Notes under the pieces: generated by a model
Database searches by the model: none
Told to the model about the DNA's origin: nothing
The model's input: the letters and a program-made list of their open reading frames with translations, nothing else
Made by a program: the position numbers and the translations under genes
Shown: positions 1 to 11,399 of the stretch, piece after piece
Numbering within the stretch: position 1 is the stretch's first letter
How the letters are laid out: each line of letters begins with the position of its first letter
NCBI GenBank assembly: GCA_011042635.1
Contig: DQWH01000161.1
Location: 1-58,954, forward strand
Source: Bacteroidota bacterium
Lineage (GTDB): Bacteria; Bacteroidota; Bacteroidia; Bacteroidales; VadinHA17
Length of the DNA stretch: 58,954 nucleotides
Reading direction: 5' to 3'

Positions 1-24
1 CTACGTAGTTGTCTACGTAGTTGG
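1..24. repeat. Two tandem copies of a 12-bp unit (ctacgtagttgt / ctacgtagttgg), each containing the perfect 8-bp palindrome CTACGTAG
   Basis: Read directly at positions 1-24. It abuts the stop codon (25..27) of the minus-strand EF-G paralog and is cut by the window edge. Confidence 0.6.
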
Positions 25-2181
25 TTATTCTTCTTCCTGTTCGGCTTCGTATGCCTTCAGCAGTTGCTCCTGGATATCAGGCGGAACCTGGGCGTATTCG
101 GAAAATTTCATCGAATACATGGCCCTTCCGCCGGAAAGGGAAGAAAGAGCCGTGGAGTACTTGTTCATCTCGGCCAGGGGTACTTTGGCCATGATCTTTT
201 CGAATCCTTTTTCGCTGCTCATTCCCTGGACAACTCCCCTTCTCGACTGCAGGTCGCTCATCACATCGCCCATCCGGTCGGAGGGAACATAGATTTCCAC
301 TTCGTAAATGGGTTCGAGGATTTTGGGACCTGCATTTTTGAAGGCCATGCTGAAGGCATTCCGGCCGGCCAGTTTGAAGGATATTTCATTGGAATCGACC
401 GGGTGCATTTTTCCGTCGTATACGGCAATGCGGATATCCCTGGCGTATGAGCCGGTAAGGGGTCCTTCTTCCATTTTTTCCATAATCCCTTTCAGAATGG
501 CGGGCATAAAGCGTGCATCGATGGAGCCTCCCACGATGCAGTTCAGGAATACCAGTTTGCCGCCCCAGGGAAGGTCGTGTTCGTCCACATCGCGAACATT
601 TACTTTTATTTCTTTTCCGTTTACCTTGTACACCGAGGGAAGAGGCATTCCTTCCTTATAGGGTTCGATGACCAGATGTACCTCGCCGAACTGGCCTGCT
701 CCTCCCGACTGTTTTTTATGCCGGTAATCGGCCTGGGCTACTTTGGTAATGGTTTCCCGGTAAGGAATTCTGGGCGGCAGGAATTGTGTTTCAATCTTGA
801 AGCGGTTATCCATCTGCCACTTCAGAATATTTAGATGGTGCTCGCCCTGTCCGTGCACAATGATCTGTTTCAGTTCCTTGGAATATTCCACCACAATGGT
901 GGGGTCTTCATCATGGATACGTGAAAGGGCTTCCCCCAGTTTCTCCTCATCGCCTTCACTGACGGCTTTAATGGCCGTACGGTATTTGGGCTCGGGGAAT
1001 TTAATGGGATCGAAAGTCCAGTCAGCTCCCGGCGCGTTGAGGGTATGGTTCGTTTTGGTGGCTTTCAGCTTGACGGTGGCCCCGATGTCTCCTGCCATCA
1101 TGGAGGGAACCTTGGAACGGTTCTTTCCGGCCACGGCAAAGATCTGGGAAATGCGTTCCTTGTTCTGGGTTTTTGTGTTGGTCACATCCATGCCTTCCTT
1201 CAGTTCCCCGCTCATTACTTTGAAATAGTTGATCTCGCCGATATGCGATTCGATATAGGTTTTGAAAACGAAAAGGGAAGCGGGTTTGCCGGCGTCGCAG
1301 GGAATTTCTTTGCCGTTGCTTGCCTTCGGGGCGGGCATCTGTACCGGCGCAGGAACCACATTGGCAATGAATTCCATCAGCCGGTCCACTCCCACATTGG
1401 TTTTTCCAGAAGAGCAGAATACCGGAAAAATTCCGCGCTGGATCAGTCCGGCGGTAATTCCTTTCCTCATTTCATCCTCTTCGAGCATTTCCTTTTCGAA
1501 GAACAGTTCCATCAGTTCTTCATCATTCTCGGCGGCTTTTTCCATCAGCTCGTTCCGGAGGGTTTCAGCCCGTTCCATGTGTTCGGAAGGAATATCGCCG
1601 ATCTGGGCTTTCCCGCTGTCGTCGGGGTAGGTGTACATCTTCATTTTCAGGACATCCACCACGGCATTGAACTGCAGGCCTTCGTTTACCGGAAACTGTA
1701 CCAGTGTTACCTGTTTTCCGAAACTTTCACGGGCCAGTTCCACGGTCTTGTCGAAGTTCGATTTTTCATGATCGTTGTGGTTTACCACAATAATCATGGG
1801 CTTATTCATTTTTGCTGCATGTCTGAAATGGATTTCAGAACCCACCTCGATCCCGTTCTGCGAATTCAGAACCATCAGTCCTGTATCGGCCACATGGAGC
1901 GAGGAGATCAACCCGCCAACGAAATCGTCCAGTCCGGGATTATCCAGAATGTTGATTTTCTTCCCCTGGGTTTCGGTATACAACAGGGTGTTGTAGACCG
2001 AATATCCGTAGTCGTGTTCAATTTCATTGAAGTCGGATGTCGTATTCTTGTTATCCACATTCCCCCTTCGGTCGATTACCCCTCCGTTGAACAGCATGGC
2101 TTCTGCAAGACTGGTCTTGCCTGACCCGGCGTTTCCCATCAGGGCGATATTGCGGATGTCTTCTGGTTGATAGGTTTTCAT
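25..2181 (-). CDS. Divergent EF-G paralog (EF-G2 / EFG-II-like translational GTPase), 718 aa
   Basis: Collinear along its length with the canonical fusA in this window. P-loop GNAGSGKT is retained, but G3 reads DNPGLDDF (canonical DTPGHVDF) and G4 reads NHND (canonical NKMD). Confidence 0.85.
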   Translation of the reverse strand: MKTYQPEDIRNIALMGNAGSGKTSLAEAMLFNGGVIDRRGNVDNKNTTSDFNEIEHDYGYSVYNTLLYTETQGKKINILDNPGLDDFVGGLISSLHVADTGLMVLNSQNGIEVGSEIHFRHAAKMNKPMIIVVNHNDHEKSNFDKTVELARESFGKQVTLVQFPVNEGLQFNAVVDVLKMKMYTYPDDSGKAQIGDIPSEHMERAETLRNELMEKAAENDEELMELFFEKEMLEEDEMRKGITAGLIQRGIFPVFCSSGKTNVGVDRLMEFIANVVPAPVQMPAPKASNGKEIPCDAGKPASLFVFKTYIESHIGEINYFKVMSGELKEGMDVTNTKTQNKERISQIFAVAGKNRSKVPSMMAGDIGATVKLKATKTNHTLNAPGADWTFDPIKFPEPKYRTAIKAVSEGDEEKLGEALSRIHDEDPTIVVEYSKELKQIIVHGQGEHHLNILKWQMDNRFKIETQFLPPRIPYRETITKVAQADYRHKKQSGGAGQFGEVHLVIEPYKEGMPLPSVYKVNGKEIKVNVRDVDEHDLPWGGKLVFLNCIVGGSIDARFMPAILKGIMEKMEEGPLTGSYARDIRIAVYDGKMHPVDSNEISFKLAGRNAFSMAFKNAGPKILEPIYEVEIYVPSDRMGDVMSDLQSRRGVVQGMSSEKGFEKIMAKVPLAEMNKYSTALSSLSGGRAMYSMKFSEYAQVPPDIQEQLLKAYEAEQEEE

Positions 2182-2252
2182 AAAAAATGCGTTTTTAAAG
2201 AATTGTTCTGTAAGCTTTTACCGTGTTTGCTCTTCCTCCTGAAAATGCGGTC

Positions 2253-2260
2253 CAAAAGTA
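2253..2260 (-). promoter_or_regulatory. Candidate Bacteroidota -7 promoter element TActTTTG for the EF-G paralog
   Basis: Plus strand CAAAAGTA is TACTTTTG on the minus strand and matches TAnnTTTG, about 70 nt upstream of the start at 2181. No clear -33 TTTG partner. Confidence 0.3.
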
Positions 2261-2450
2261 ATAAAATTTTCATTAAAAAGCATGAACCCCTTTCCTTTAT
2301 ACCGGATAGCATTACCTGAGGGAAGAATGCCGGCGGCTGGAGGCATACCTAAATATCTTATAATATATGCACGGAAAAAATCTGCCGGAAAGGGTTCCGC
2401 AGGGCAGGAAAACATGTAGCGCCGAAATGAAATTTATTGAAGTGAGGCTA

Positions 2451-2480
2451 TTGTTTTTAAAGAGAAAAACTATACCTTTG
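2451..2480 (+). promoter_or_regulatory. Candidate promoter of the str operon (-33-like aTTG, 19-nt spacer, -7 TAccTTTG)
   Basis: TAccTTTG at 2473..2480 matches the Bacteroidota consensus TAnnTTTG. TTG at 2451..2453 sits 19 nt upstream, and the rpsL ATG is 47 nt downstream. Confidence 0.5.
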
Positions 2481-2527
2481 CAACCCGATTTGTAAACAGC
2501 AAGTTAATAAACGTTTAAATTCAGGCT

Positions 2528-2902
2528 ATGCCAACGATTCAACAGCTTGTCAGGAAAGGCAGAAAGAAGATTGCTGAAAAGAGTAAAGCGCCGGCGCTGG
2601 ATAGTTGTCCGCAGCGCAGGGGTGTGTGTGTTCGTGTTTATACCACCACACCGAAGAAGCCGAATTCCGCCATGCGGAAAGTGGCACGTGTGCGACTGAC
2701 CAATCAGAAGGAAGTGAACGCATATATACCCGGTGAAGGGCATAATCTGCAGGAGCACTCCATTGTATTGATCAGGGGAGGCAGGGTAAAGGACCTGCCC
2801 GGAGTAAGGTATCACCTGATCAGGGGAGCCCTGGATACCTCCGGTGTAGAGGGCAGGAAGCAACGCCGTTCCAAGTATGGTGCAAAACGACCCAAGAATT
2901 AA
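2528..2902 (+). CDS. rpsL: 30S ribosomal protein uS12
   Basis: [14 protein letters not shown]... and [10 protein letters not shown] motifs. First gene of the str operon. Confidence 0.98.
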   Translation: MPTIQQLVRKGRKKIAEKSKAPALDSCPQRRGVCVRVYTTTPKKPNSAMRKVARVRLTNQKEVNAYIPGEGHNLQEHSIVLIRGGRVKDLPGVRYHLIRGALDTSGVEGRKQRRSKYGAKRPKN

Positions 2903-2930
2903 TCATTATTGATTTATAAGGTATACAAGC

Positions 2931-3407
2931 ATGAGAAAGTCCAAACCCAAAAAGCGGATTTTGCTGCCGGATCCCCGGTTTAATGATCCGTTGGTTACCC
3001 GGTTTGTCAATAACCTGATGGAAGCGGGGAAGAAGCCCCTGGCCTTCCGGATCTTTTATGATGCCATGGATCTGATAGGGGAGAAGATGAAAGATGCGGA
3101 GCTTACTCCCCTGGAGATCTGGAAAAAGGCACTGGAGAATATCACTCCCCAGGTTGAGGTAAAGAGTCGCCGGGTTGGGGGGGCCACCTTTCAGGTTCCC
3201 CTGGAGGTTCGCCCTGACAGGAAGATTTCGCTCAGTATGAAAAACCTCATCCTGTTTGCCCGAAAAAGGAGCGGACATTCCATGAGTGAGAAACTGGCGG
3301 CCGAGATCATTGCTGCTTACAACCAGGAAGGCGGAGCTTTCAAAAGAAAGGAAGACATGCACCGGATGGCCGAAGCCAACAAGGCATTTGCTCATTTCAG
3401 GTTTTAA
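2931..3407 (+). CDS. rpsG: 30S ribosomal protein uS7
   Basis: 158 aa ending ...[13 protein letters not shown], placed between rpsL and fusA. Confidence 0.98.
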   Translation: MRKSKPKKRILLPDPRFNDPLVTRFVNNLMEAGKKPLAFRIFYDAMDLIGEKMKDAELTPLEIWKKALENITPQVEVKSRRVGGATFQVPLEVRPDRKISLSMKNLILFARKRSGHSMSEKLAAEIIAAYNQEGGAFKRKEDMHRMAEANKAFAHFRF

Positions 3408-3448
3408 TATATAATAAAGGAAACGGCTGAGAAAGATAGGTTGATTGC

Positions 3449-5557
3449 ATGGACCAGCATCTGGCATATACGAGGAATATTGGGATTATGGCCCATATTG
3501 ATGCGGGGAAAACCACCACTACCGAGAGGATCCTGTTTTATACCGGGATTACCCATCGGATGGGGGAGGTACATGACGGTGCTGCCCAGATGGACTGGAT
3601 GGTACAGGAGCAGGAGCGGGGCATTACCATTACATCGGCTGCAACCACTACTTTCTGGAAATATCAGGACAAAAGCTATAAGATCAACATCATTGACACC
3701 CCCGGTCATGTGGATTTCACCGTGGAGGTGGAGCGTTCGCTGAGGGTTCTTGACGGGGTTATTGCCGTGTTCTGTGCGGTGGGAGGTGTGGAACCCCAGA
3801 GTGAAACGGTGTGGAGGCAGGCCAGCAAGTACCGGGTGCCCCGGCTGGCTTTTGTCAACAAAATGGACCGGGTCGGAGCCGATTATTACGGGGTGGTCAA
3901 CCAGATCAGGGAAAAACTGGGTGCCCGCCCCGTGCCTATACAGATCCCTATCGGGAAGGAAGATACTTTCCGGGGGGTGATCGACCTGATCGAGAACAGG
4001 GCGGTTGTGTGGTACGACGATGAGACCCTTGGGGTGAACTATGAGCTGACCGATATTCCGGCCGAGTTGGAAGAAGAGGTCATGGAATGGAGGGGGAAGC
4101 TGGTGGAGGCCGTGGCCGAGACAAACGACACCCTGCTGGAACGATACCTGGATGATCCCGATTCCATCACGCCCGATGAGATGAGGGAGGCTATCAGGAA
4201 AGCTACCATTGATATGAGCGTGGTCCCCGTTTTTTGCGGGTCTGCCTTCAAGAATAAAGGCATACAACGGCTTCTCGATGCCGTTGTTGCGTTTCTGCCC
4301 AGCCCGCTCGATATAGGGGCGGTTACCGGGTTCAATCCGTATACATCGAAGGAGGAAAACAGGAATCCGGATTCCGGGGAACCGCTGACAGCCCTGGCAT
4401 TTAAAATTGCTACCGATCCTTTTGTGGGAAGACTGGTTTTTCTCAGGATTTATTCGGGAGTGTTGAAATCGGGTGTGCAGGTTATGAATGTCAGAACAGG
4501 GAAAAAAGACCGGATTTCGCGCCTTTATCAAATGCACGCCAACAAGCAGAACCCGAAGGAAGAGGTTGGTGCCGGAGATATCTGCGGAGCAGTGGGATTG
4601 AAGAATGTGAAAACCGGTGATACCCTGTGTGACCCGAAACATCCCATATCCCTTGAGTCTATGGAATTTCCGGAACCGGTCATTGGCGTGGCCATTGAAC
4701 CCAAAACGCAGTCAGATATTGATAAACTGGGAATAGCCCTGGGCAAGCTGGCTGAAGAAGATCCCACTTTTCAGGTGAATTTTGATGAAAACACCGGGCA
4801 AACGGTGATCAGCGGAATGGGTGAACTGCATCTGGATATCCTGGTTGACCGTCTGAGGCGGGAATTCAAGCTGGAATGCAATGTGGGTGCGCCGCAGGTG
4901 GCTTACAAGGAGGCCATTACCGCAACGGTTGAACACAGGGAGGTTTTTAAAAAGCAAACAGGCGGCAAAGGGAAATTTGCCGATATCATGGTGCGGATTT
5001 CTCCGGCCGATGAAGACGTAAAAGGTCTTCAGTTCGAAAATGCCATCAAAGGAGGGAACATTCCGAAAGAATTCATTCCCTCCGTGGAGAAAGGGTTCCG
5101 TGAAGCCATGCAGAATGGCCCTCTGGCCGGTTATGCCGTTGACAACCTGAAGGTGGAATTGCTCGACGGAAGCTACCACCCGGTGGATTCCGATAGCCTG
5201 TCATTCGAGATTGTTGCCAGGAACGCCTTAAAGAAGGCGTCGGAAAGAGCAAAACCCATCCTGCTTGAGCCGATTATGTCGGTGGAAGTGGTTACTCCGG
5301 AAGAATACATGGGGGATGTGATTGCCGATTTCAACAAGCGCCGCGGCCAGGTGGAAGGAATGGAATCGAAAGCAGGCGCACGGGTGATCAGGGCCAAAGT
5401 ACCCCTGGCCGAACAGTTCGGCTATGTCACCGTGTTGCGTACCCTTACCTCGGGCCGGGCCACCTCTACCATGGAATTCAGCCATTTTGAAGAAGTACCG
5501 CCTGAAATGTCGCGGAAGATCATAGAAAAAACGAAAGGCAAAACAGCCACTGTATAA
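3449..5557 (+). CDS. fusA: Elongation factor G (canonical)
   Basis: 702 aa with [17 protein letters not shown] and NKMD GTPase motifs, in the str operon position. Confidence 0.98.
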   Translation: MDQHLAYTRNIGIMAHIDAGKTTTTERILFYTGITHRMGEVHDGAAQMDWMVQEQERGITITSAATTTFWKYQDKSYKINIIDTPGHVDFTVEVERSLRVLDGVIAVFCAVGGVEPQSETVWRQASKYRVPRLAFVNKMDRVGADYYGVVNQIREKLGARPVPIQIPIGKEDTFRGVIDLIENRAVVWYDDETLGVNYELTDIPAELEEEVMEWRGKLVEAVAETNDTLLERYLDDPDSITPDEMREAIRKATIDMSVVPVFCGSAFKNKGIQRLLDAVVAFLPSPLDIGAVTGFNPYTSKEENRNPDSGEPLTALAFKIATDPFVGRLVFLRIYSGVLKSGVQVMNVRTGKKDRISRLYQMHANKQNPKEEVGAGDICGAVGLKNVKTGDTLCDPKHPISLESMEFPEPVIGVAIEPKTQSDIDKLGIALGKLAEEDPTFQVNFDENTGQTVISGMGELHLDILVDRLRREFKLECNVGAPQVAYKEAITATVEHREVFKKQTGGKGKFADIMVRISPADEDVKGLQFENAIKGGNIPKEFIPSVEKGFREAMQNGPLAGYAVDNLKVELLDGSYHPVDSDSLSFEIVARNALKKASERAKPILLEPIMSVEVVTPEEYMGDVIADFNKRRGQVEGMESKAGARVIRAKVPLAEQFGYVTVLRTLTSGRATSTMEFSHFEEVPPEMSRKIIEKTKGKTATV

Positions 5558-5575
5558 TATTATGTATACTGAAAG

Positions 5576-5881
5576 ATGAGCCAGAAGATCAGAATCAAAT
5601 TAAAATCGTACGACCACAACCTGGTCGATAAATCTGCCGAGAAGATCGTAAAAACGGTCAAATCAACCGGGGCAGTGGTAAGCGGACCCATTCCCTTGCC
5701 CACGCACAAGCGGATATATACGGTTTTGCGTTCTCCTTTTGTGAACAAGAAATCGAGGGAGCAATTCCAGTTGTCCTCCTACAAAAGGCTGCTGGATATA
5801 TACAGTTCCACTCCCAAAACAATCGATGCCCTGATGAAGCTTGAGCTGCCCAGCGGGGTGGAAGTGGAAATTAAAGTTTGA
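5576..5881 (+). CDS. rpsJ: 30S ribosomal protein uS10
   Basis: 101 aa, [14 protein letters not shown]... It follows fusA directly with no tuf, as is usual in Bacteroidota. Confidence 0.98.
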   Translation: MSQKIRIKLKSYDHNLVDKSAEKIVKTVKSTGAVVSGPIPLPTHKRIYTVLRSPFVNKKSREQFQLSSYKRLLDIYSSTPKTIDALMKLELPSGVEVEIKV

Positions 5882-5908
5882 CAGGATTAGACAGAAAAAT
5901 ATACTGAA

Positions 5909-6526
5909 ATGCCAGGATTAATAGGTAAAAAAATAGGAATGACCTCCGTTTTCAACGGAGCAGGAAAGAACATAGCCTGCACGGTGATCGAGGTGAAACC
6001 CAATGTGGTGTCACAGATCAAAACGGTGGAGAAAGACGGATACAATGCCGTTCAATTGTCGTATGATGATAAGAAAGAAAAGCATTCCAACAAGGCGGAG
6101 GCAGGTCATTTCAAAAAGGCCAATACCGGTCCCAAGAAAAAAGTGATCGAACTGAAGGGTTTTGTGCGCGACTGGAAAGTGGGTGACCGCATTACAGTAG
6201 AATATTTCAGCGATGATACCTGGCTGGATATTTCAGGTTTTACCAAGGGAAAAGGTTTCCAGGGAGTGGTCAAGCGTCACGGATTCGGAGGGGTTGGCGA
6301 TCAAACCCACGGACAGCACAACAGGAACAGGGCCCCCGGATCGCTGGGTGCTTCTTCCTATCCTTCCAGGGTGCTGAAAGGCATGCGGATGGCAGGCCAG
6401 ACCGGTAACCGGAAAGTAAAAATGATCAACCTCCGGGTGGTGAAGCTGATCCCGGAGGAAAACCTGTTGGTGGTGCAGGGCTCGGTACCCGGAGCCAATG
6501 GTTCATACTTAATTATTGAGAAGTAA
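5909..6526 (+). CDS. rplC: 50S ribosomal protein uL3
   Basis: [15 protein letters not shown]... in S10 operon order. Confidence 0.98.
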   Translation: MPGLIGKKIGMTSVFNGAGKNIACTVIEVKPNVVSQIKTVEKDGYNAVQLSYDDKKEKHSNKAEAGHFKKANTGPKKKVIELKGFVRDWKVGDRITVEYFSDDTWLDISGFTKGKGFQGVVKRHGFGGVGDQTHGQHNRNRAPGSLGASSYPSRVLKGMRMAGQTGNRKVKMINLRVVKLIPEENLLVVQGSVPGANGSYLIIEK

Positions 6527-7158
6527 TGAAAGTAGCGGTTTACAACAAATCCGGCGAAGATACCGGAAAGAAAGTGGAACTCAGGAAGGAGATCTTTGAG
6601 ATCGAACCCAACGAACACGCCATTTATCTGGATGCAAAGCAGTTTATGGCAAACAGGCGCCAGGGAACGCACAAAGCCAAAGAGCGTTCGGAAGTGGCCG
6701 GCAGTACCCGGAAGATCAAAAGGCAGAAGGGGACGGGCACGGCCCGTTTCGGGGATATCAAAAACCCTATATTCAGAGGGGGTGGCCGCATATTCGGACC
6801 ACGTCCCCGTTCCTACGGGTTCAAGCTGAACCGGAAGGTAAAGCGTCTGGCCAGAAAATCGGCCCTGACATACAAGGCCAGGGAAAAAGGAATTATGGTA
6901 GTGGAAGACTGGAGCCTGGATGCCCCGAAAACCCGTGAATTCGCTGATGTGAACAAAAACCTTAAGATCGACGGGAAAAAGTCGCTCTTTGTTTTATCCG
7001 AAAAAAATAAAAACCTATATTTGTCGTCTCGAAATTTGCCGGGGACCAAAGTTATAACTGTCGAGGAGTTAAATACTTACGATATACTCGATGCAGGCAC
7101 TCTGGTCTTTATGGAAAGCTCGATCGACCTTTTGAACAGGCAATTTGGAATTCAGTAA
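6526..7158 (+). CDS. rplD: 50S ribosomal protein uL4
   Basis: 210 aa in operon order. Its start overlaps the rplC stop as TAATG. Confidence 0.97.
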   Translation: MKVAVYNKSGEDTGKKVELRKEIFEIEPNEHAIYLDAKQFMANRRQGTHKAKERSEVAGSTRKIKRQKGTGTARFGDIKNPIFRGGGRIFGPRPRSYGFKLNRKVKRLARKSALTYKAREKGIMVVEDWSLDAPKTREFADVNKNLKIDGKKSLFVLSEKNKNLYLSSRNLPGTKVITVEELNTYDILDAGTLVFMESSIDLLNRQFGIQ

Positions 7159-7168
7159 TCATACGCAC

Positions 7169-7459
7169 ATGGATATTTTGATAAAACCCATTGTTACGGA
7201 GAAGATGACCGCCCAGGGCGAAACATTGAATCGTTACGGGTTCATTGTTGACAAAAGGGCCAACAAGCTTCAGATCAGGAAGACCATTGAAGATATGTAC
7301 GGCGTGAAGGTACAGGCGGTGAATACCATGCGGTATGGAGGAAAACTGAAGACCCGTTATACCCGGTCGGGGATACAGGCAGGAAAAACAGCATCGTACA
7401 AAAAGGCGGTGGTAACCCTGGCCGAAGGGGATACAATTGATTTCTACAGCAATATTTGA
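7169..7459 (+). CDS. rplW: 50S ribosomal protein uL23
   Basis: MDILIKPIVTEKMT... is a typical uL23 N-terminus. The tracked ORF starts earlier (7145), overlapping rplD, so I prefer the internal ATG at 7169. Confidence 0.93.
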   Translation: MDILIKPIVTEKMTAQGETLNRYGFIVDKRANKLQIRKTIEDMYGVKVQAVNTMRYGGKLKTRYTRSGIQAGKTASYKKAVVTLAEGDTIDFYSNI

Positions 7460-7465
7460 TGAGTC

Positions 7466-8293
7466 ATGGCAGTACGAAAACTAAAACCGATTACTCCCGG
7501 GCAAAGGCATAAGATCATCAGTGCCTTTGATTCGATTACGGAGACGCGTCCCGATAAATCCTTGCTGAGGCCCCTGAAAAAATCGGGCGGCCGGAACAAC
7601 AGCGGAAAGATGACCATACGTTACGTGGGGGGCGGTCACAAAAGGAGGTACCGGTTGATCGATTTCAAGCGTAATAAGGACGGGATCCCTGCTACGGTGA
7701 AAAGCATTGAATACGATCCAAACCGTACGGCAAGGATTGCCCGGCTGGTATACGAAGACGGTGAGAAAAGGTATATTCTGGCCCCCAACGGACTTCAGGT
7801 GGGGCAGAAAGTGATATCGGGCAGGGACATTGCTCCCGAGATAGGGAATGCCCTGTACCTTTCCGATATTCCCCTGGGAACCATTATTCATGGTATTGAA
7901 ATGAAGCCGGGAAAAGGAGCCAGCCTGGCCCGCAGCGCCGGATCATATGCCCAGCTTACCTCACGCGACGGGAAATACGCCATTGTGAAACTGCCCAGCG
8001 GGGAGTCGAGGATGGTACTTACCACCTGTAAAGCCACTGTGGGTGCGGTATCGAATTCCGATCATGCCCTGGAAAAATCGGGCAAGGCCGGAAGAAGCCG
8101 TTGGAAGGGAAGAAGGCCCCGGGTGCGTGGCGTGGCCATGAACCCCGTTGACCATCCCATGGGAGGTGGCGAAGGCCGTGCTTCGGGCGGACACCCCCGT
8201 TCACGCAAGGGATTGCCTGCCAAGGGATACAAAACCCGGAAGAAGAACAAAACTTCGAACAAGTATATCGTGGAAAGGAGAAAATCTAAATAA
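7466..8293 (+). CDS. rplB: 50S ribosomal protein uL2
   Basis: 275 aa with [15 protein letters not shown]... and the GGGEG motif. Confidence 0.98.
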   Translation: MAVRKLKPITPGQRHKIISAFDSITETRPDKSLLRPLKKSGGRNNSGKMTIRYVGGGHKRRYRLIDFKRNKDGIPATVKSIEYDPNRTARIARLVYEDGEKRYILAPNGLQVGQKVISGRDIAPEIGNALYLSDIPLGTIIHGIEMKPGKGASLARSAGSYAQLTSRDGKYAIVKLPSGESRMVLTTCKATVGAVSNSDHALEKSGKAGRSRWKGRRPRVRGVAMNPVDHPMGGGEGRASGGHPRSRKGLPAKGYKTRKKNKTSNKYIVERRKSK

Positions 8294-8295
8294 TC

Positions 8296-8562
8296 ATGAG
8301 CAGATCGTTGAAAAAAGGCCCGTTTATCGATTATAAACTGGAGAAGCGCATCCTCGATATGAACCAGTCGGGGAAGAAAACAGTGATCAAAACCTGGTCA
8401 AGGCGTTCCATGATCTCTCCTGATTTTGTGGGCCACACCGTGGCGGTGCACAACGGGAATAAATTCATCCCGGTGTATATTACCGAGAACATGGTGGGAC
8501 ACAAGCTGGGCGAATTTGCTCCTACCCGTACATGGCGCGGGCACGGAGGCAAGCAGAAATAA
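8296..8562 (+). CDS. rpsS: 30S ribosomal protein uS19
   Basis: [12 protein letters not shown]... 88 aa. Confidence 0.98.
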   Translation: MSRSLKKGPFIDYKLEKRILDMNQSGKKTVIKTWSRRSMISPDFVGHTVAVHNGNKFIPVYITENMVGHKLGEFAPTRTWRGHGGKQK

Positions 8563-8595
8563 CAAGCCCTTTGAAAACTTCTTAAAACCAAACCA

Positions 8596-9039
8596 ATGGG
8601 TGCAAGAAAAAGAAACAGAGCCAATCAACTGAAGGAAGAACGTAAGAACAAATATGTTGCTGTTTTGAGAGACTGCCCGACCTCTCCGCGAAAAATGCGG
8701 CTGGTAGCCGATATGATCAGGGGAGTGGAAGTGAAAAGAGCACTTGATCTGCTGAAGTATTCATCAAAGGAAGCTTCACGCCGGCTTGAGAAACTGGTTA
8801 TGTCGGCCATTGCCAACTGGCAGGTCAAGAACGAAGGAGTGAGAATTGAAGAGAGCAACCTGTATATCAAAGAAATATATGTTGATCAGGCCAGAACCCT
8901 GAAACGGTTGCGTCCGGCACCACAGGGGCGTGCCCACCGGATCAGGAAGCGTTCCAACCATGTGACGGTCGTGCTTGACAGCATGAACCTGGCGGAAGCC
9001 AACAAACCGGTCGAAACAGAAGAAACAAAAAAGAAATAA
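8596..9039 (+). CDS. rplV: 50S ribosomal protein uL22
   Basis: [17 protein letters not shown] motif, in operon order. Confidence 0.97.
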   Translation: MGARKRNRANQLKEERKNKYVAVLRDCPTSPRKMRLVADMIRGVEVKRALDLLKYSSKEASRRLEKLVMSAIANWQVKNEGVRIEESNLYIKEIYVDQARTLKRLRPAPQGRAHRIRKRSNHVTVVLDSMNLAEANKPVETEETKKK

Positions 9040-9045
9040 GCATAC

Positions 9046-9741
9046 ATGGGACAGAAAGTCAACCCAATAGGTAATCGTCTTGGGATCATTAAAGGGTGGG
9101 ATTCCAATTGGTATGGAGGCAATCAGTATGCCGACAAGCTGGTGGAAGACAATAAGATCAGGGAATATCTGAATGCCAGGCTGGCCAAGGCCAGCGTTTC
9201 CAAAATTGTGATCGAGCGCACCCTGAAGCTCATTACCGTAACGGTCAATACCGCCCGTCCGGGAATCATTATCGGAAAAGGCGGACAGGAAGTGGACAAG
9301 CTGAAGGAAGAGCTCAAGAAGATTACCAACAAGGAGGTTCAGATAAACATATTCGAGGTAAAGCGCCCCGAACTGGATGCCACCATCGTGGCCAATAATG
9401 TGGCCCGCCAGATTGAAGGGAAGATATCTTACCGCCGGGCCATTAAAATGGCCATTGCTTCCACCATGCGTATGGGAGCCGAAGGGATCAAGATCCAGGT
9501 GTCAGGCCGGCTGGGTGGTGCAGAAATGGCCAGGAACGAAACCTATAAGGAAGGCCGGATCCCTCTGCACACATTCCGGGCCGATATCGATTATGCCCTG
9601 GCTGAAGCCCTCACCAAGGTGGGACTCATCGGAGTGAAGGTGTGGATTTGCAAAGGGGAAGTGTTCGGAAAGCGTGACCTGTCTCCCAATATCGGAGTGA
9701 AAAGTGCCCGTCCGAGAGGATTCAAGAAAAGAAGGAAATAA
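9046..9741 (+). CDS. rpsC: 30S ribosomal protein uS3
   Basis: [14 protein letters not shown]... with a KH domain, 231 aa. Confidence 0.98.
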   Translation: MGQKVNPIGNRLGIIKGWDSNWYGGNQYADKLVEDNKIREYLNARLAKASVSKIVIERTLKLITVTVNTARPGIIIGKGGQEVDKLKEELKKITNKEVQINIFEVKRPELDATIVANNVARQIEGKISYRRAIKMAIASTMRMGAEGIKIQVSGRLGGAEMARNETYKEGRIPLHTFRADIDYALAEALTKVGLIGVKVWICKGEVFGKRDLSPNIGVKSARPRGFKKRRK

Positions 9742-9777
9742 GATACACCGGTTTGCCGGAAACAAATACCGATTGTC

Positions 9778-10206
9778 ATGTTACAGCCGAAAAAAACAAA
9801 ATACAGAAGACAGCAGAAAGGCAGGATGAAGGGGAATGCCCAGCGGGGGAATCAGCTGGCATTCGGATCATTCGGCATCAAAGCACTGGAGGAATCGTGG
9901 ATCACCGGAAGGCAGATCGAAGCAGCCAGGCAGGCTGTTACCCGGTACATGAAACGGGAAGGGCAGATATGGATCCGCATTTTCCCTGACAAGCCCATTA
10001 CCAAGAAACCTGCCGAAGTGAGGATGGGAAAAGGAAAAGGAGCGCCGGAAGGATTCGTGGCTCCCGTTACCCCCGGACGGATTATCCTGGAGGCCGAGGG
10101 AGTACCTTATGAAGTGGCCCGGGAGGCTCTCAGGCTGGGTGCCCAGAAACTGCCCATCACCACGAAGTTTGTGGTGCGCCGTGATTATGAAGAAAAAATC
10201 AACTAG
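9778..10206 (+). CDS. rplP: 50S ribosomal protein uL16
   Basis: [19 protein letters not shown]... It ends in TAG (10204..10206). Confidence 0.98.
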   Translation: MLQPKKTKYRRQQKGRMKGNAQRGNQLAFGSFGIKALEESWITGRQIEAARQAVTRYMKREGQIWIRIFPDKPITKKPAEVRMGKGKGAPEGFVAPVTPGRIILEAEGVPYEVAREALRLGAQKLPITTKFVVRRDYEEKIN

Positions 10207-10211
10207 AGGTC

Positions 10212-10421
10212 ATGAAGAATTCAGAGATCAGGGAACTGAATACCAAGGAACTGGAAGAAAGGATTGACAATGAGAAAAGCTACCTGGCCAAGCTCAGGTT
10301 GAATCATGCCATTTCTCCGCTTGACAATCCCCAGAAGATCATGCATACCCGCAGAACCATAGCCCGGCTCAAAACCGAGCTGAACAAGCGGAAAAGAGAG
10401 GAAGTAAAAAACAATAGTTAA
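10212..10421 (+). CDS. rpmC: 50S ribosomal protein uL29
   Basis: 69 aa, in operon order after rplP. Confidence 0.95.
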   Translation: MKNSEIRELNTKELEERIDNEKSYLAKLRLNHAISPLDNPQKIMHTRRTIARLKTELNKRKREEVKNNS

Positions 10422-10429
10422 GTACTCCG

Positions 10430-10687
10430 ATGGAAAAAAGGAATTTACGCAAAGAGAGGATTGGCGTTGTGATCAGCAACAAGATGGATAAAACCGTTGT
10501 GATTGCTGTGAACCGCAAGATGAAGCACCCCATCTACGGGAAGTTCGTCAAGAAGACCACCCGGTTTATGGCGCACGATGAAGAGAACACCTGTAATGTG
10601 GGGGATACCGTCCGCATCATGGAAACGCGTCCACTCAGCAAAAACAAGAACTGGAGATTAGTTGAAATTATTGAAAGAGCAAAATAA
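10430..10687 (+). CDS. rpsQ: 30S ribosomal protein uS17
   Basis: 85 aa with ...[14 protein letters not shown]... and an OB fold pattern. Confidence 0.97.
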   Translation: MEKRNLRKERIGVVISNKMDKTVVIAVNRKMKHPIYGKFVKKTTRFMAHDEENTCNVGDTVRIMETRPLSKNKNWRLVEIIERAK

Positions 10688-10689
10688 CC

Positions 10690-11055
10690 ATGATACAACA
10701 AGAAAGCAGGTTGGCCGTAGCCGATAACAGTGGCGCCAAGGAGGTGCTGGTGATCCGTGTCCTGGGCGGAACGCGGAGGAAATATGCCAGTGTGGGCGAC
10801 AAGGTGGTGGTGACTGTCAAGAGTGCCCTGCCATCGGGAGATATCAAAAAGGGTACCGTCAGCAAGGCCGTAGTGGTGCGCACCAAAAAGGAGATCAGAC
10901 GACAGGACGGTTCATATATCCGGTTCGACGACAATGCCGTGGTGTTGCTGAACAATCTGGATGAAATGCGTGGAACACGTATTTTCGGGCCCGTGGCCAG
11001 AGAATTGCGTGATAAGTACATGAAAATCATTTCACTGGCACCCGAAGTGCTCTAA
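10690..11055 (+). CDS. rplN: 50S ribosomal protein uL14
   Basis: [18 protein letters not shown]..., 121 aa. Confidence 0.98.
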   Translation: MIQQESRLAVADNSGAKEVLVIRVLGGTRRKYASVGDKVVVTVKSALPSGDIKKGTVSKAVVVRTKKEIRRQDGSYIRFDDNAVVLLNNLDEMRGTRIFGPVARELRDKYMKIISLAPEVL

Positions 11056-11063
11056 TCAACATA

Positions 11064-11399
11064 ATGAACAGGAAAATGAGTAAGAAACTGCATATCAAAA
11101 AGGGCGACACGGTGTACGTGAATACCGGCGAATACAAGGGCCAGCAGGGGAAAGTGCTGGAAGTATATCCAGACAAACAGAAGGCGCTCGTGGAAGGAGT
11201 CAATATGGTTTCCCGCCACACCAAGCCCAATGCACAGAATCCCCAGGGAGGCATTATCAAGAAAGAAGCCCCGGTCCATATTTCGAACCTTAACCTGGTT
11301 GATCCGGCAACTGGTGAGCCCACACGAATCGGTCGCCGCCCCGGGAAGGATAATAAACTTGTTCGGTACGCAAAAAAATCTGGAGAGGAGATTAAATAA
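11064..11399 (+). CDS. rplX: 50S ribosomal protein uL24
   Basis: [25 protein letters not shown] (KOW motif). The true start may be the ATG at 11076. Confidence 0.95.
   Translation: MNRKMSKKLHIKKGDTVYVNTGEYKGQQGKVLEVYPDKQKALVEGVNMVSRHTKPNAQNPQGGIIKKEAPVHISNLNLVDPATGEPTRIGRRPGKDNKLVRYAKKSGEEIK

Noticed and set aside
2218-2415. 65-aa ORF in the 345-bp gap between the EF-G paralog and rpsL, and the possibility of an ncRNA there.
   Set aside because: The translation has no recognisable features. The ORF overlaps the candidate promoter of the EF-G paralog. I could not fold or recognise any tRNA-like or riboswitch-like structure by eye, so the gap is best treated as a divergent promoter region.
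3404-4642. 412-aa ORF antisense to fusA. Similar long antisense ORFs occur at 1045..2124, 2820..3467, 20807..21715, 22188..22835, 23253..23972, 25701..26276 and 48144..48926.
   Set aside because: Each lies entirely inside a confidently identified gene on the other strand. Their translations are low-complexity and rich in Gly, Pro, Arg and His, with no recognisable motifs. This is the usual mirror-frame artefact of codon-biased genes.
5558-5575. Absence of tuf between fusA and rpsJ, and of adk between secY and map, as possible deletions.
   Set aside because: Both arrangements are the normal gene order in Bacteroidota, and the junctions are short and clean.
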